DNA of 64,000 bases. Source: Candidatus Latescibacterota bacterium. GTDB taxonomy: Bacteria > Latescibacterota > UBA2968 > UBA8231. The translations under genes and the position numbers were made by a program. The notes under the pieces are model-generated. The model saw nothing but the letters and a program-made list of their open reading frames with translations, was not told where the DNA came from and did not search any database. The stretch is taken from the NCBI GenBank assembly GCA_965206595.1, contig OZ242214.1, positions 4,928,001 through 4,992,000 on the forward strand. The letters run 5' to 3'. Shown here piece after piece: positions 9,984-19,593 of this stretch (positions are counted from its first letter, which is position 1; every line of letters begins with the position of its first letter).

Positions 9984-10760
9984 CTAGGACCGCAGGCGGG
10001 TTCCCGAATTGCCCGGCATGAAGAACTCGTACTTGCCGCGGTCGCCGTACCCCTCGATCTCGGCAGGGGCGATGCCCGGGCTCTCCATGGCCGCGCGCAC
10101 GATCCGCTTGTTGAAGGGATGCACATTGCCGTCTCCGAGGTACTCCGCCACCGGCATCCACAGACTCTCGGCGATCTCCTCTTCCTGAATCGAGATCTCC
10201 TCCGAGACCGGGTGCAGCCGGCAAACGAAATAGATGTCCGACTTGCCGTAACGGTAGCCGTGCCAGTGGCGGAAGCAGACCAGGGACTCGAACTCCGTCT
10301 GCACCCCCGTTTCCTCCTGCACCTCCCGCATCACCCCCTCGACGAGATGCTCCCCCTCCTTCAGCGCCCCGCCGGGCAGCTTGTAGCGCGGCGGATTGCT
10401 CCCGGCGCGGTGATACTTCTCGCTGACCACCAGCAGCTCCCGGCGGCTGTTCAAGGTCACCCCGCCGGCCCCGATGTAGTGGGAGGCGTAGGAGGGAATG
10501 AAGGCTCCGGGATCGAGTCGATGCGTCAGCATCAGGTAGTCTTCGCCGCTGTGGTGGAACGCGAACCCCGCTTCGACGGCCACCGGAATCAGCGCCGACA
10601 GGGCAATCGGAATCTCCAGCCATACGACGCGGTAGTCGGAACGCCAGGAATCGAGCGACTCGCGGAGGTCGCTTGCGAAGCTGCGCGGGTCGGCCTGCAG
10701 ACCGCCGGGATCGACGATGACCCCGCCGAAAGGGTTTTCGCTGCTTTCCAGTACGGGCAT
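9984..10760 (-). CDS. NUDIX hydrolase (NUDT6-like, with N-terminal Nudix-associated domain)
   Basis: Nudix box GG..KEGE...EGVMREVQEETGV, plus GFAFHH, SHYIGAG and YGKSDIYFVCRL. Confidence 0.88.
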   Translation of the reverse strand: MPVLESSENPFGGVIVDPGGLQADPRSFASDLRESLDSWRSDYRVVWLEIPIALSALIPVAVEAGFAFHHSGEDYLMLTHRLDPGAFIPSYASHYIGAGGVTLNSRRELLVVSEKYHRAGSNPPRYKLPGGALKEGEHLVEGVMREVQEETGVQTEFESLVCFRHWHGYRYGKSDIYFVCRLHPVSEEISIQEEEIAESLWMPVAEYLGDGNVHPFNKRIVRAAMESPGIAPAEIEGYGDRGKYEFFMPGNSGTRLRS

Positions 10761-11229
10761 TGCGATGAGAAGGTTGGCTGAGGGTAAGGTTGGCGCGCTC
10801 TATTCTATGGGGCACGAACACCGCCCCCGCTTTTACGGACGGCCCCCGGCGCCTGTGAATCGCGCTTCGGTGCCCGGGGGAAGGCCGGGCTCGCCTCCGG
10901 TCCGGGCGGCGCGTAGACGTAGCTAGAGGCATCCGGCCCTGTCAACAGGCTCCCAGAGGCTCGGCGCTACCGCTGATTTCGACAGGGGTGGCGGGCTGCC
11001 GCTGGCTTTGCCGGGCCTTTGGAGAGCCGTAGCTTCGCCCGCATGGAACGCGTCCCCCTGCGATCAGTGGGTGCGCAGGCTCGAAGGGAGGTCCCTGATC
11101 TCCCGCTGCTGACCGGGCTTTGGCCTGCTGATGCTCTGGTCCGCCGCGGCCTGATTATTCTTCGAGCTGATCAACCTCCGGCTCGAACCGGTACTGGCAG
11201 GCGATTTTCCGCCATTCCCGGAGGCCAAC

Positions 11230-12153
11230 ATGGAAAGGATTTGTCACATGCGAACCCCCATTTTCTTGATTCCGGTTTCCTTTGTAATGACATCGGTCTC
11301 TACGGAAGCACAGATCCAGGACCGGGTGTATCCAATCCCGGAGCTTACCGACGAGATGCGGGCAAAAATCGACGTGACCGATGGTTCGATTGAGGACTGG
11401 GTTGAAATCCTCGGCGAGCCCTCCTTGACGCCGTTGGATTTTCAAACCGCCCCGTGGGCGTCGGAATACGACCCATCCTCGTTGGATTATCGCATCTGGG
11501 TGGCTTGGCACCATGCCGATGATCAGCTTTTCGTAGGCATGGAGCTGGTCGACGACTTCGTTAACGAGCGATTCTACGACCGCAGCGACAGAGGTGGCCT
11601 GGCCGGCGCCGATCTATCCATAGCGATGGGCGTCGACGGAGACAGGAGCGGCGGAAGCTTGCTGATCGACAATGCAACCGGGCTCACATATCCCATGGAG
11701 CAGGCACAATGGTATGAGGCGTTTCCAGGAACATATGACAACGACAACAACCTTCTTCTGCGTCAGGTGAGTCCCCATACGGATTGGGTGCACAAGCCAC
11801 CCTATGCCGACGGCGGCGGCGCCGTGATCGACAGCGAGCCGAGCTTCGGCGTGGTGGAATTTTTCGTCACCCCGTTCGATCGCCTGATCTGGGATGATCA
11901 GGACCAAAGTATGGTCTCCAATCTTTTCTCCGGGAAAACGATCGGGTTCAGTATCCAGATTGTGGATGTCGACGACGCAAACGAATTCGAGAGCATGCAC
12001 GGCTTGTTCGGAATTGAGGATGGTTGGGAGCAGGGAGGGTTCAACGATTCTGACCTCTGGGCCGGAGGAATCCTGATTGAGGCGGGAGGTACGGAGGATT
12101 CCGCTGTCACCGGCGTTTCATGGGCCCGCATCAAGGCCAGCCTTTCGGAATAG
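11230..12153 (+). CDS. Putative secreted protein (CBM9/DOMON-like sugar-binding fold suspected) with C-terminal SAV-x-x-x-SWARIKA tail
   Basis: N-terminal hydrophobic stretch, DGSIEDW and W-x-x-x-x-x-x-LFVG-x-E-x-x-DD patterns, and an acidic body. Lower GC than its flanks. GGAGG RBS before 11230. Confidence 0.65.
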   Translation: MERICHMRTPIFLIPVSFVMTSVSTEAQIQDRVYPIPELTDEMRAKIDVTDGSIEDWVEILGEPSLTPLDFQTAPWASEYDPSSLDYRIWVAWHHADDQLFVGMELVDDFVNERFYDRSDRGGLAGADLSIAMGVDGDRSGGSLLIDNATGLTYPMEQAQWYEAFPGTYDNDNNLLLRQVSPHTDWVHKPPYADGGGAVIDSEPSFGVVEFFVTPFDRLIWDDQDQSMVSNLFSGKTIGFSIQIVDVDDANEFESMHGLFGIEDGWEQGGFNDSDLWAGGILIEAGGTEDSAVTGVSWARIKASLSE

Positions 12154-12406
12154 CCGCACCGTATCCGGAAAATGCCTCGGAAACTGGTTGAGCTCCGCAC
12201 TTGCGGGGACGGTCAGCCGCCGCTTTTCTTGAACGTCGCGGACACAGCTGCTTTGAAGCACTGTTTCCGGAATTCCCGTCCGGCTACGTAGTCTGTTTCT
12301 TTTCCTGATTGAATCGCACGCCGCCCTTCGCGGGCGGCCGGCGAACAGGCGTTCCCCGGGACAGTTGAGCGCCTGCCATAGAAACACGACACCCTCCGGT
12401 TATCGA

Positions 12407-13213
12407 ATGCCCGCCATCCTCTGCCCCAGGTGCCACAAGCTGATCGGCAGCGCCGCCGACCGCTGTCCCTTTTGCGGCCAGCTGAGACCCGGCATGTGGG
12501 GCTTCACCTCGCGGTTTCGCAAGCTGGGACTTTCCCTCGATTTTCCGAAGTTGATCACGACCGCGTGCGTCATCCTCTACATCGCCGGACTGGCGATGGA
12601 CCCAGGGGCGATCTTCACCACTTTCGACCTGTTCCGCTTTCTGGCCCCGAGCGGAACCGCCACTCTGAGGCTCGGCATGACCGGGGTCGTGCCGGTGATG
12701 GTGCAGGGGCACTGGTGGACGATTGTCACGGCGATCTATCTGCACGGCGGTCTGCTGCACATCCTCTTCAACATGCTGTGGGTGCGGCAGCTCGGACCGA
12801 TGGTCAGCGAGCTGTTCGGGCCGTTCCGGCTGTTCATCATCTTCACTGTTTCGGGCGCCTGCGGTTTCGCCCTCTCGGTGCTGATGGGGAACGCCTACAC
12901 CCTCGGGGCCTCCGGGTCGATCTTCGGGTTGCTCGCCGCCGCCATCGTTTTCGGGCGCCAGCGCGGCAGCCCCATGTTCACCCGCCACTTCCTGCAGTGG
13001 GCGATCATCCTCTTCATCTTCGGCTTCCTCTTCTCCGGCGTCGACAACTGGGCCCACGCAGGCGGGTTCGCCGGCGGCTACGTGACCGCCTACGCCTTGA
13101 GCCGCGACTACGGGGGCCGCGAGGGAATCGGCACCTACCTGCTGGCCGGTGCCCTGCTGGCCCTCACCGCCCTCGCTTTCCTGTTCCAGTTCATCGCCGT
13201 CATATCCGCGTGA
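12407..13213 (+). CDS. Rhomboid family intramembrane serine protease with N-terminal Zn-ribbon
   Basis: CPRC..CPFC, YLHGGLLHILFNM, GASG and DNWAHAGG motifs. Confidence 0.92.
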   Translation: MPAILCPRCHKLIGSAADRCPFCGQLRPGMWGFTSRFRKLGLSLDFPKLITTACVILYIAGLAMDPGAIFTTFDLFRFLAPSGTATLRLGMTGVVPVMVQGHWWTIVTAIYLHGGLLHILFNMLWVRQLGPMVSELFGPFRLFIIFTVSGACGFALSVLMGNAYTLGASGSIFGLLAAAIVFGRQRGSPMFTRHFLQWAIILFIFGFLFSGVDNWAHAGGFAGGYVTAYALSRDYGGREGIGTYLLAGALLALTALAFLFQFIAVISA

Positions 13214-13866
13214 GCGCGGAACTCCTGGCCTTCTTCGACCGCGACGGCCGCCGGCTCGGTTCCAAGACCCGCGCCGAGGTGCACGGGGACGGGGACTGGC
13301 ACTGGCTGGTGTTCGTCTGGTGCGCCTGGCTGCGCGGGCCCGAGCCGCTGCTGCTGCTTCAGCAACGCGGGCGCCGCGGCGATCCCTTCGTCCGCAGTCT
13401 GGATGCGCCGGCAGGGGGCCACGTCATGGCCTCCGAGTCGCACCGGCAGGCGGGGGTGCGCGAGTTCGAGGAAGAGGCCGGCATCCTTCTCGGGGAGCGG
13501 GATCTGCACTATCTCGGCAGCGCCCGGCTCGAAGGGCAGGAGCGGAACTGCTCCCGCGTTATCCAGCACTCCTACCTGGTGGTCCGCGAAATCGGACTGG
13601 AAGAGGTGTCGTTCAGCGAGGAGAGCGACGGCTTCCTGCACGTGCCGCTGAAACCGCTGCTGCGGCTGCTCGAGGGGAAAACGCAGAGCGTCGAGGCCGC
13701 TGTCCGCTTTGCGGACTGCCCCGGAGAACCTGGGCGCACGGCTGTCACCGCGGAGGCCTTCGCACGTTATCCGGCCGACATCGCCGCGGTAATCGCCAAG
13801 TCGCTGCGGGCCATCGAGCTGTATCTCGCCGAGGGGGGGAAGGTCGATCCGCTGCTCTGGAGGTGA
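13210..13866 (+). CDS. NUDIX domain protein (IPP-isomerase/YfcD-like)
   Basis: VH.DGDWH, LLLQQR, AGGHV..E....GVREFEEEAGI motifs. GTG start overlaps the rhomboid stop (GTGA). Confidence 0.8.
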   Translation: MSAELLAFFDRDGRRLGSKTRAEVHGDGDWHWLVFVWCAWLRGPEPLLLLQQRGRRGDPFVRSLDAPAGGHVMASESHRQAGVREFEEEAGILLGERDLHYLGSARLEGQERNCSRVIQHSYLVVREIGLEEVSFSEESDGFLHVPLKPLLRLLEGKTQSVEAAVRFADCPGEPGRTAVTAEAFARYPADIAAVIAKSLRAIELYLAEGGKVDPLLWR

Positions 13867-14104
13867 TGCGGCAGGCCGGGTGGGCGGCCTTCGCTGCGGT
13901 TACAGAGACGCGCTATGGCCGAACGGCATGGAATTCGGAAGAGATATGCACGCCGCATTCGCCCGCATGGGCCCGTGCATCCCGGATGGATTGAAGTTGA
14001 ACAACTCCAGGGAGCCCCCGGCGATGGGACCCGCCAGCGATATTCGCAAGATCGGGGCGTACTCCCGGCTTCGAGCTGAGCAGACCGTCGATGCCGCGCA
14101 GGTT

Positions 14105-14752
14105 CTACGCGAGGACCAGCACCTGGCCGTCCTCGACGCGGACCTCGTAGGACTCGACGGCGCGCCCCGGATGGGAGAGGCATTCGCCGCTGGCGACGTC
14201 GAACTGCCAGCCGTGGCGGCTGCAGGTGACGGTGCAACCGTCCAGGCTGCCGAGCCCGAGGTAGCCGCCCTGGTGCAGGCAGGTGTTGGAGATGGCCAGG
14301 AAACGCCCGCCGGCGTTGAAGACGGCAATCGGCTTGTCTCCCACCTGCACGACCTTGGCGCCGTTCTCCTCGATCTCGTCCGCCCTGACGACCGCGGTCC
14401 ATTCCGCCTCCGCCGCGGGCTCCTCGGCGCTGCCCGGAAGATCGAGGGAGCGCAGCACCTGGATCGCGTCGACGACGTTGACGAGGCCGGCCGCCGGGTA
14501 GGCGCACAGGATGGCGTCGATCACCTCGTCGCGGCTCGCCCCTTCGCGCATGGCGCGCGGGATGTACTGGCGCAGTCCGCGCGGCGAGAAGTTGACGACC
14601 TTGGTGACGATGGAGATCAGGAAGCGCGTCTTCGGATCGAGGTGCCGCCCCGACTCGCGGAAGAACGACAGCAGGTGACCCATCGCCTCGGGGCGCTCCT
14701 GCGACAGCCATTGCAGGCCGCTGATATTCTTTTTCTCTTCGCCGTCGCTCAC
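14105..14752 (-). CDS. Carboxymuconolactone decarboxylase/AhpD-like domain fused to Rieske [2Fe-2S] ferredoxin
   Basis: LDPKTRFLI...AMREGASRDEVIDAI (CMD fold) followed by CLHQG...CSRHGWQFD (Rieske). GTG start after GGAGG. Confidence 0.8.
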   Translation of the reverse strand: MSDGEEKKNISGLQWLSQERPEAMGHLLSFFRESGRHLDPKTRFLISIVTKVVNFSPRGLRQYIPRAMREGASRDEVIDAILCAYPAAGLVNVVDAIQVLRSLDLPGSAEEPAAEAEWTAVVRADEIEENGAKVVQVGDKPIAVFNAGGRFLAISNTCLHQGGYLGLGSLDGCTVTCSRHGWQFDVASGECLSHPGRAVESYEVRVEDGQVLVLA

Positions 14753-14887
14753 GGTGCCGCCTCCCGGAATGAAGTTCGCCTGGAGTATACAGGCCCCCCC
14801 GGGAGAGTCAATTTGGCCGCGCCCGGAACCGCCGCCGGAACCGCATTCGTTGAATGGGAACTGCCGAATACCGATTTTATTCTCTTC

Positions 14888-15631
14888 ATGATCACCGTTG
14901 ACAAAGTCACCAGGAAATACGGGGCCCTGACCGCGGTCGACGACGTCAGCTTCACCGTCGGCCGGGACGAGATCGTCGGCTTCGTCGGTCCCAACGGGGC
15001 CGGCAAAAGCACCGTCCTCAAGATGCTGTCGACCTACATCTACCCGACAGCCGGCACCATCTCGGTCGCCGGCTTCGACGCCGTCGAACAGCCTCTCGAG
15101 GTGCGCCGCGCCATCGGCTACCTCGCCGGCGACACGCCGCTCTACCGCGACATGCGCGTCGACGACTTCCTCCGCTTCGTCGCCAGGGCCCGCGGCCTGC
15201 GGGAGGGTGAGCTCGAGCCGCAATTCGAGCGCACCGTCGAGCTGTGCGGCATCGGCTCGGTGCTGCCGCAGCGCATCTCCCAGTGCTCCACCGGGTTCCG
15301 GCAGCGCCTCGGCCTCGCCTCGGCGATGATCCACGACCCCCCCATCCTCCTGCTCGACGAGCCGACCCACGGCTTCGATCCGCTGCAGGTGATCGCCTTC
15401 CGCGAAATGCTGCGCGCGCTGAAGTCCGGGCGCGCCATACTCTTCAGCACCCACATCGTGCCCGACGTCGAGGCGATCAGCGACCGCGTGCTGATCATCC
15501 ACCAAGGCAGGCTTCTCGGCGACGGCACCATACAGGAGCTCGCCGCCGGGTCCGGCATGGAGGGGGCCGCTCTCGAAGAGATCTTCGCGCACCGGGTGCG
15601 CGCCAGCTCGGGGGACGATGGCGGCCGCTAG
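14888..15631 (+). CDS. ABC transporter ATP-binding protein (GldA-like)
   Basis: GPNGAGKST, LLLDEPT and FSTH motifs; signature variant CSTGFRQR. Confidence 0.92.
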   Translation: MITVDKVTRKYGALTAVDDVSFTVGRDEIVGFVGPNGAGKSTVLKMLSTYIYPTAGTISVAGFDAVEQPLEVRRAIGYLAGDTPLYRDMRVDDFLRFVARARGLREGELEPQFERTVELCGIGSVLPQRISQCSTGFRQRLGLASAMIHDPPILLLDEPTHGFDPLQVIAFREMLRALKSGRAILFSTHIVPDVEAISDRVLIIHQGRLLGDGTIQELAAGSGMEGAALEEIFAHRVRASSGDDGGR

Positions 15632-16409
15632 CGAATCCCCGGCCGCAGCCGGTTCCTCCTCCCGCGACCCGGGATTCGCGTCCGGAACCTGGGTGGTCGT
15701 GCAGCGGGAGCTCGCCGCCTGCTTCGACTCGCCCATCGCCTACATCTACGCCACGGTCTTCCTCGTGCTTTCCGGCACCACCTTCATGAACTCCTTCTTC
15801 CTGCGCTCCGTCGCCGACATGTCCCCCTTCTTCGAAACCCTGCCGTTCCTGCTGATTCCGTTCGTCCCGGCAATGACGATGCGCACCTGGTCCGAGGAGC
15901 ACGCCCAGAACACCTTCGAGCTGATCATGACCCTGCCGCTGCGGTCGATCCAGTTCGTCGCCGGCAAGTACGCCGCCGCCCTGCTGTTCTACCTCCTCGT
16001 GCTGGCCGGCACCACGCCGATCGCGGTGATGCTGTTCTGGCTCGGTGACCCGGACTTCGGGCTGATCTTCTCCAGCTACCTCGGGGCCTTCTTCCTCGGG
16101 TCGTTCTTCCTCTCGTTCGGCGTCTTCGTTTCCGGCCTGACACAGAACCAGATCGTCTCCTTCGTGCTCGCCACGCTGCTGGGGTTCCTCTTCGTCCTCA
16201 GCGGCCACGAAAAGGTTGTTGCCGTGCTCGACGGCCTGGCCCCGGGCTGGGAGCTGGGCAGCCGCATCTACCAGTCGGTCTCCGTCATGCCGCACTACGA
16301 GGCCTTCACCCGCGGCGTCGTCGGGCTCGACGGGGTGCTCTATTTCCTGCTGATGGGCGCCTTCTTCCTGTGGATGAACGAGATCACCCTCAAGCGCATC
16401 AAGTACTGA
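15618..16409 (+). CDS. ABC-2 transporter permease (GldF-like)
   Basis: FDSPIAY, PAMTMRTWSEE..T.EL..TLP, GKY and TQNQIVS motifs; about 6 TM segments. Confidence 0.88.
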   Translation: MAAASESPAAAGSSSRDPGFASGTWVVVQRELAACFDSPIAYIYATVFLVLSGTTFMNSFFLRSVADMSPFFETLPFLLIPFVPAMTMRTWSEEHAQNTFELIMTLPLRSIQFVAGKYAAALLFYLLVLAGTTPIAVMLFWLGDPDFGLIFSSYLGAFFLGSFFLSFGVFVSGLTQNQIVSFVLATLLGFLFVLSGHEKVVAVLDGLAPGWELGSRIYQSVSVMPHYEAFTRGVVGLDGVLYFLLMGAFFLWMNEITLKRIKY

Positions 16410-16413
16410 GCCG

Positions 16414-19400
16414 GTGTCCCGCTTCGCCCTCCAGTCCCTCCTCTGCTTCCTCCTGCTCCTGGCCATTTCGGTCTTCGGCAGCCGGGTCCTCGAATCGGCC
16501 GGGCCCGCCGAGATCGACTTCGTCGGGCTCTCGCCGGCTTCCCTGACCTCGAAGACGCGCGCCCTCCTCGAGCGGCTCGACGGCAGAGTGACCCTCACCC
16601 TTTTCGTCTCGCCGCGGCAGCGCATGCCGTCGCACCTGAAAGAGGTCGAAGGGGACGTCCGCGCCCTGCTGTCGGCGTTCCGCTCGGCCGCCCCCGACCG
16701 CGTCGACACGCGGGTCGTCTACCCGGAGCTGAGCGGGGACGCCGGGGCCGCGTACGCGGCGCGCCGCAAGGTCTCCCCCATCAGCGTGCGGCGCATCGAG
16801 AGGGACGAGCACGGCGAGGAGAAGGTCTGGTCCTCCCTGGTGCTGAGCATCGAGAACCACCCGGAGGTGCTCATCCAGGGGATTGAGGATACCGACCTGC
16901 CCTTCCTCGAGCAGTGGGTGCGCGCCCATCTGCAGACCCTGTTCGCCCCGCCGCAGGCGGATTTCGCCTTCTCCGCTCCGGCCAGCGGCGGGTTCGTCGA
17001 GTTTCCGCAGTTCCTCAGCCAGCACGGCCCGGTGGTGCAGGTCGACCTCGACCGCTCCCCCTACATCCCGCCCGACACCGACATGCTCTTCTGGTTCGCG
17101 CCGCAGCAGGTGACGGACCGGCACATACAGCAGCTCAAGAGATTCGTCGCCTCGGGGCGGACCGCGGTCCTCGCCGGCAGCTCGTACGAGGCCACCTACC
17201 ACGCCCGCGGCGACTCGGTGCTGTTCCGCATGGCCGATGGGCCCCGGGCCTGGAGCGACCTGCTGCGCCCCTTCGGCCTGCGGCCCATCCCCGATCTGCT
17301 GCTGGACCGCAACGCCGGCGCCCTGCCCGTGCGCCTCGCCGACGGTTCGGTCCGCGAAGTCGAGGCCCCCTTTCACCTGCGCAACCTGCCCGCGTTCCGC
17401 GACTTCCGGCGATTCCGCACCCCGGCCCGCGGCGGCCTGAGCTTCGTCGCCGCCAGCCCGCTTGCCGTAGACCCGGGCCGCGCCGCCCAGGCCGGGTACG
17501 AAGCCCAGGTGGTCGCCACCACCACCGAGCACGCCTGGGTGCGCGCCCTCACCGGCGACCTGCTGTCGGGGGCCGACCTCGCCGCCTCCCTCACCGTACC
17601 GAAGCAGAACCTGATGGTGCTGCTGACCCCCGGCGATCCCTGGGCCGGCCGGCTCGTCGTCCTCGCTTCCGCCAGCGCCTTCCGCGACGGCATACTGCGC
17701 CAGCCGGGGTACGGCCACTCCGTCGTGATAGACGACCTGGTGCGCACCTTCGCCTCCCGCGACCGCCTGATCCGCGCCGAGGTCGACCGCGCGCAACCGG
17801 CCGAGCTGCCCCCCCTGACCGGCGCTTCCCGCCTGCTGTGGCGGCTGCTCGTGGTCGGTCTCGCCCCGGTGCTGATACTGGCGTACGGGTGGTGGCGTTT
17901 CCGGAGATCCGGCGACTTGTCCGGATTGCGCCTGCTGGCGCCGCTGCCCTGGGTGCGGGCCGGGGCCGCGGTGCTCCTCCTCGTCATCGCCCTGGCGACC
18001 GGAGTGGTTGCCGCCTTCTCCCGCATCGACGTCGACCTGACCGGCGGCGGCGTCAACACCCCCGCCGCGAGCGTCGTCGAGTCGCTGGCGCGGATCCGGG
18101 ACGAGCTGACCGCCGAGTTCCTGCTCTCGCCGCGGGCAGACCTGCCGGCGAGCCTGAAGCCGTTGGAGCACCGGGTCGCCGAGCCTTTCGCCAAGGCAGG
18201 GGTGGAGCTGACGGTGGTGCGACCGGAGGCGATCTCCCCCTCGGCCAGAAAGAACCTCGAAAGGGCCGGGATCGCCCCGTTCGAGGTGGAGCAGGTGCGC
18301 CGCGATACCGTGGTCTCGAAGAGCGTCTGGAGCGGACTGCTGCTGCGCCGCGGCGACCGCGGCGAGGTGATCCCGCGGCTGGACGGGGCCACCTCGGTGC
18401 ATCTCGACTTCCTGATCGCCGCGGCCCTCCACCGCCTGGAGAGCGGCGAGCGCCCGCTGGTTTCGGTCGTCTCCGACCTGCCGCGGCTGTCCCCCGCCGA
18501 GGCCCTGGAGGACTACCAGAAGAAGGGGTTGAGCGCCCCGAGCGGGACCGACGTGTACAGCCATCTCAAGCGCATGCTCGCCGCGTACGGGTACCGCGTC
18601 CATCACGTCAACCCGCGCTACCCGCAGCTGGCCCCGGACTCCGACGTCGTCCTGTGGATGCAGCCGCGCCGCGATTCGGGGGAGGTCATCCTGCAACTGA
18701 GCCGCCATCTCGCCGGGGGCGGGACCGCCATCGTCGCCATGCAGCACTTCAACATCCAGCAGCGCCAGTACCGAGGCACCGGCTTCGATACCGTGTACTG
18801 GCCCCAGCCCCAGTTCCAGGACCTCGACCGCTACCTGCGACTGATCGGCGTCGAGCAGGTGCGTCAGGTGCTCATGGACCGCACGCGTCACCACCTGCGG
18901 CTCGACACCCAGGTCAACCGCACCGCGGTGCGCGAGTACGACGCCCAGGAAGTCGCCCTGCCGTTCCTGATCCGCACCGTCGGAGAGCGCTACGACCCCG
19001 GATCGCCGATAACTCGCGACCTCGGTGACCTGCTGTTCATCTGGGGAAACAGCTTCGACCTCGGCGGGCTTCCGGAGTCGTTCGCGCGGCAGGTGCTGAT
19101 CAGCACCTCCCCGCAGTCCTGGAGCTATCCGTGGAAGGGAGGCTTTCTGCGGCCGGATTCGCTGTCCCAGCCGGAGGAGGTGTCGGGGGCGCAGCCGCTG
19201 GCCGTCGACCTGCGCGGCGAGTTCCCGGAGGCGCAGTTCGTCGAGGACGAGGAGGGACGCAGCAACCTCGAGCCGCTACCGGCTTCTGGACGCCGCGGCC
19301 GCCTGGTGCTGGTCGGCTGCTCGGAAATGTTCAAGAACGGACACCTGCAGATGCCGGGCTTCGACCACGATCAGCTGCTCCTCAACCTGCTCGCCGACGC

Positions 19401-19593
19401 CGTCTACGGACCCGGCATGACCCGGCTGCAGGGGCGCACCCGCCAGGCGCGCGGCTTCGCCTACCACGACCCCGCCGGCAGGGCGGTCTGGCGCCTCGTC
19501 GTCATCGCCGCAGCTCCGCTCGCCCTAGGCGCCGTCGCCCTGGTCCGCTATCGCCGGCGCTCCCATCCCGGCGCTGCCGGGGGGCCGTCGTGA
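16414..19593 (+). CDS. GldG-family ABC auxiliary protein with two tandem GldG-like modules
   Basis: Two repeats of the pattern TM - 'SP...P..LK..E' - 'WS.L.L' - 'GR LV...S..F' - TM. Position in a gldA/F-like operon. Confidence 0.75.
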   Translation: MSRFALQSLLCFLLLLAISVFGSRVLESAGPAEIDFVGLSPASLTSKTRALLERLDGRVTLTLFVSPRQRMPSHLKEVEGDVRALLSAFRSAAPDRVDTRVVYPELSGDAGAAYAARRKVSPISVRRIERDEHGEEKVWSSLVLSIENHPEVLIQGIEDTDLPFLEQWVRAHLQTLFAPPQADFAFSAPASGGFVEFPQFLSQHGPVVQVDLDRSPYIPPDTDMLFWFAPQQVTDRHIQQLKRFVASGRTAVLAGSSYEATYHARGDSVLFRMADGPRAWSDLLRPFGLRPIPDLLLDRNAGALPVRLADGSVREVEAPFHLRNLPAFRDFRRFRTPARGGLSFVAASPLAVDPGRAAQAGYEAQVVATTTEHAWVRALTGDLLSGADLAASLTVPKQNLMVLLTPGDPWAGRLVVLASASAFRDGILRQPGYGHSVVIDDLVRTFASRDRLIRAEVDRAQPAELPPLTGASRLLWRLLVVGLAPVLILAYGWWRFRRSGDLSGLRLLAPLPWVRAGAAVLLLVIALATGVVAAFSRIDVDLTGGGVNTPAASVVESLARIRDELTAEFLLSPRADLPASLKPLEHRVAEPFAKAGVELTVVRPEAISPSARKNLERAGIAPFEVEQVRRDTVVSKSVWSGLLLRRGDRGEVIPRLDGATSVHLDFLIAAALHRLESGERPLVSVVSDLPRLSPAEALEDYQKKGLSAPSGTDVYSHLKRMLAAYGYRVHHVNPRYPQLAPDSDVVLWMQPRRDSGEVILQLSRHLAGGGTAIVAMQHFNIQQRQYRGTGFDTVYWPQPQFQDLDRYLRLIGVEQVRQVLMDRTRHHLRLDTQVNRTAVREYDAQEVALPFLIRTVGERYDPGSPITRDLGDLLFIWGNSFDLGGLPESFARQVLISTSPQSWSYPWKGGFLRPDSLSQPEEVSGAQPLAVDLRGEFPEAQFVEDEEGRSNLEPLPASGRRGRLVLVGCSEMFKNGHLQMPGFDHDQLLLNLLADAVYGPGMTRLQGRTRQARGFAYHDPAGRAVWRLVVIAAAPLALGAVALVRYRRRSHPGAAGGPS

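Noticed and set aside
13867-14104. Possible ncRNA or small ORF between the convergent NUDIX and CMD-Rieske genes
   Set aside because: No recognisable RNA motif or convincing ORF.
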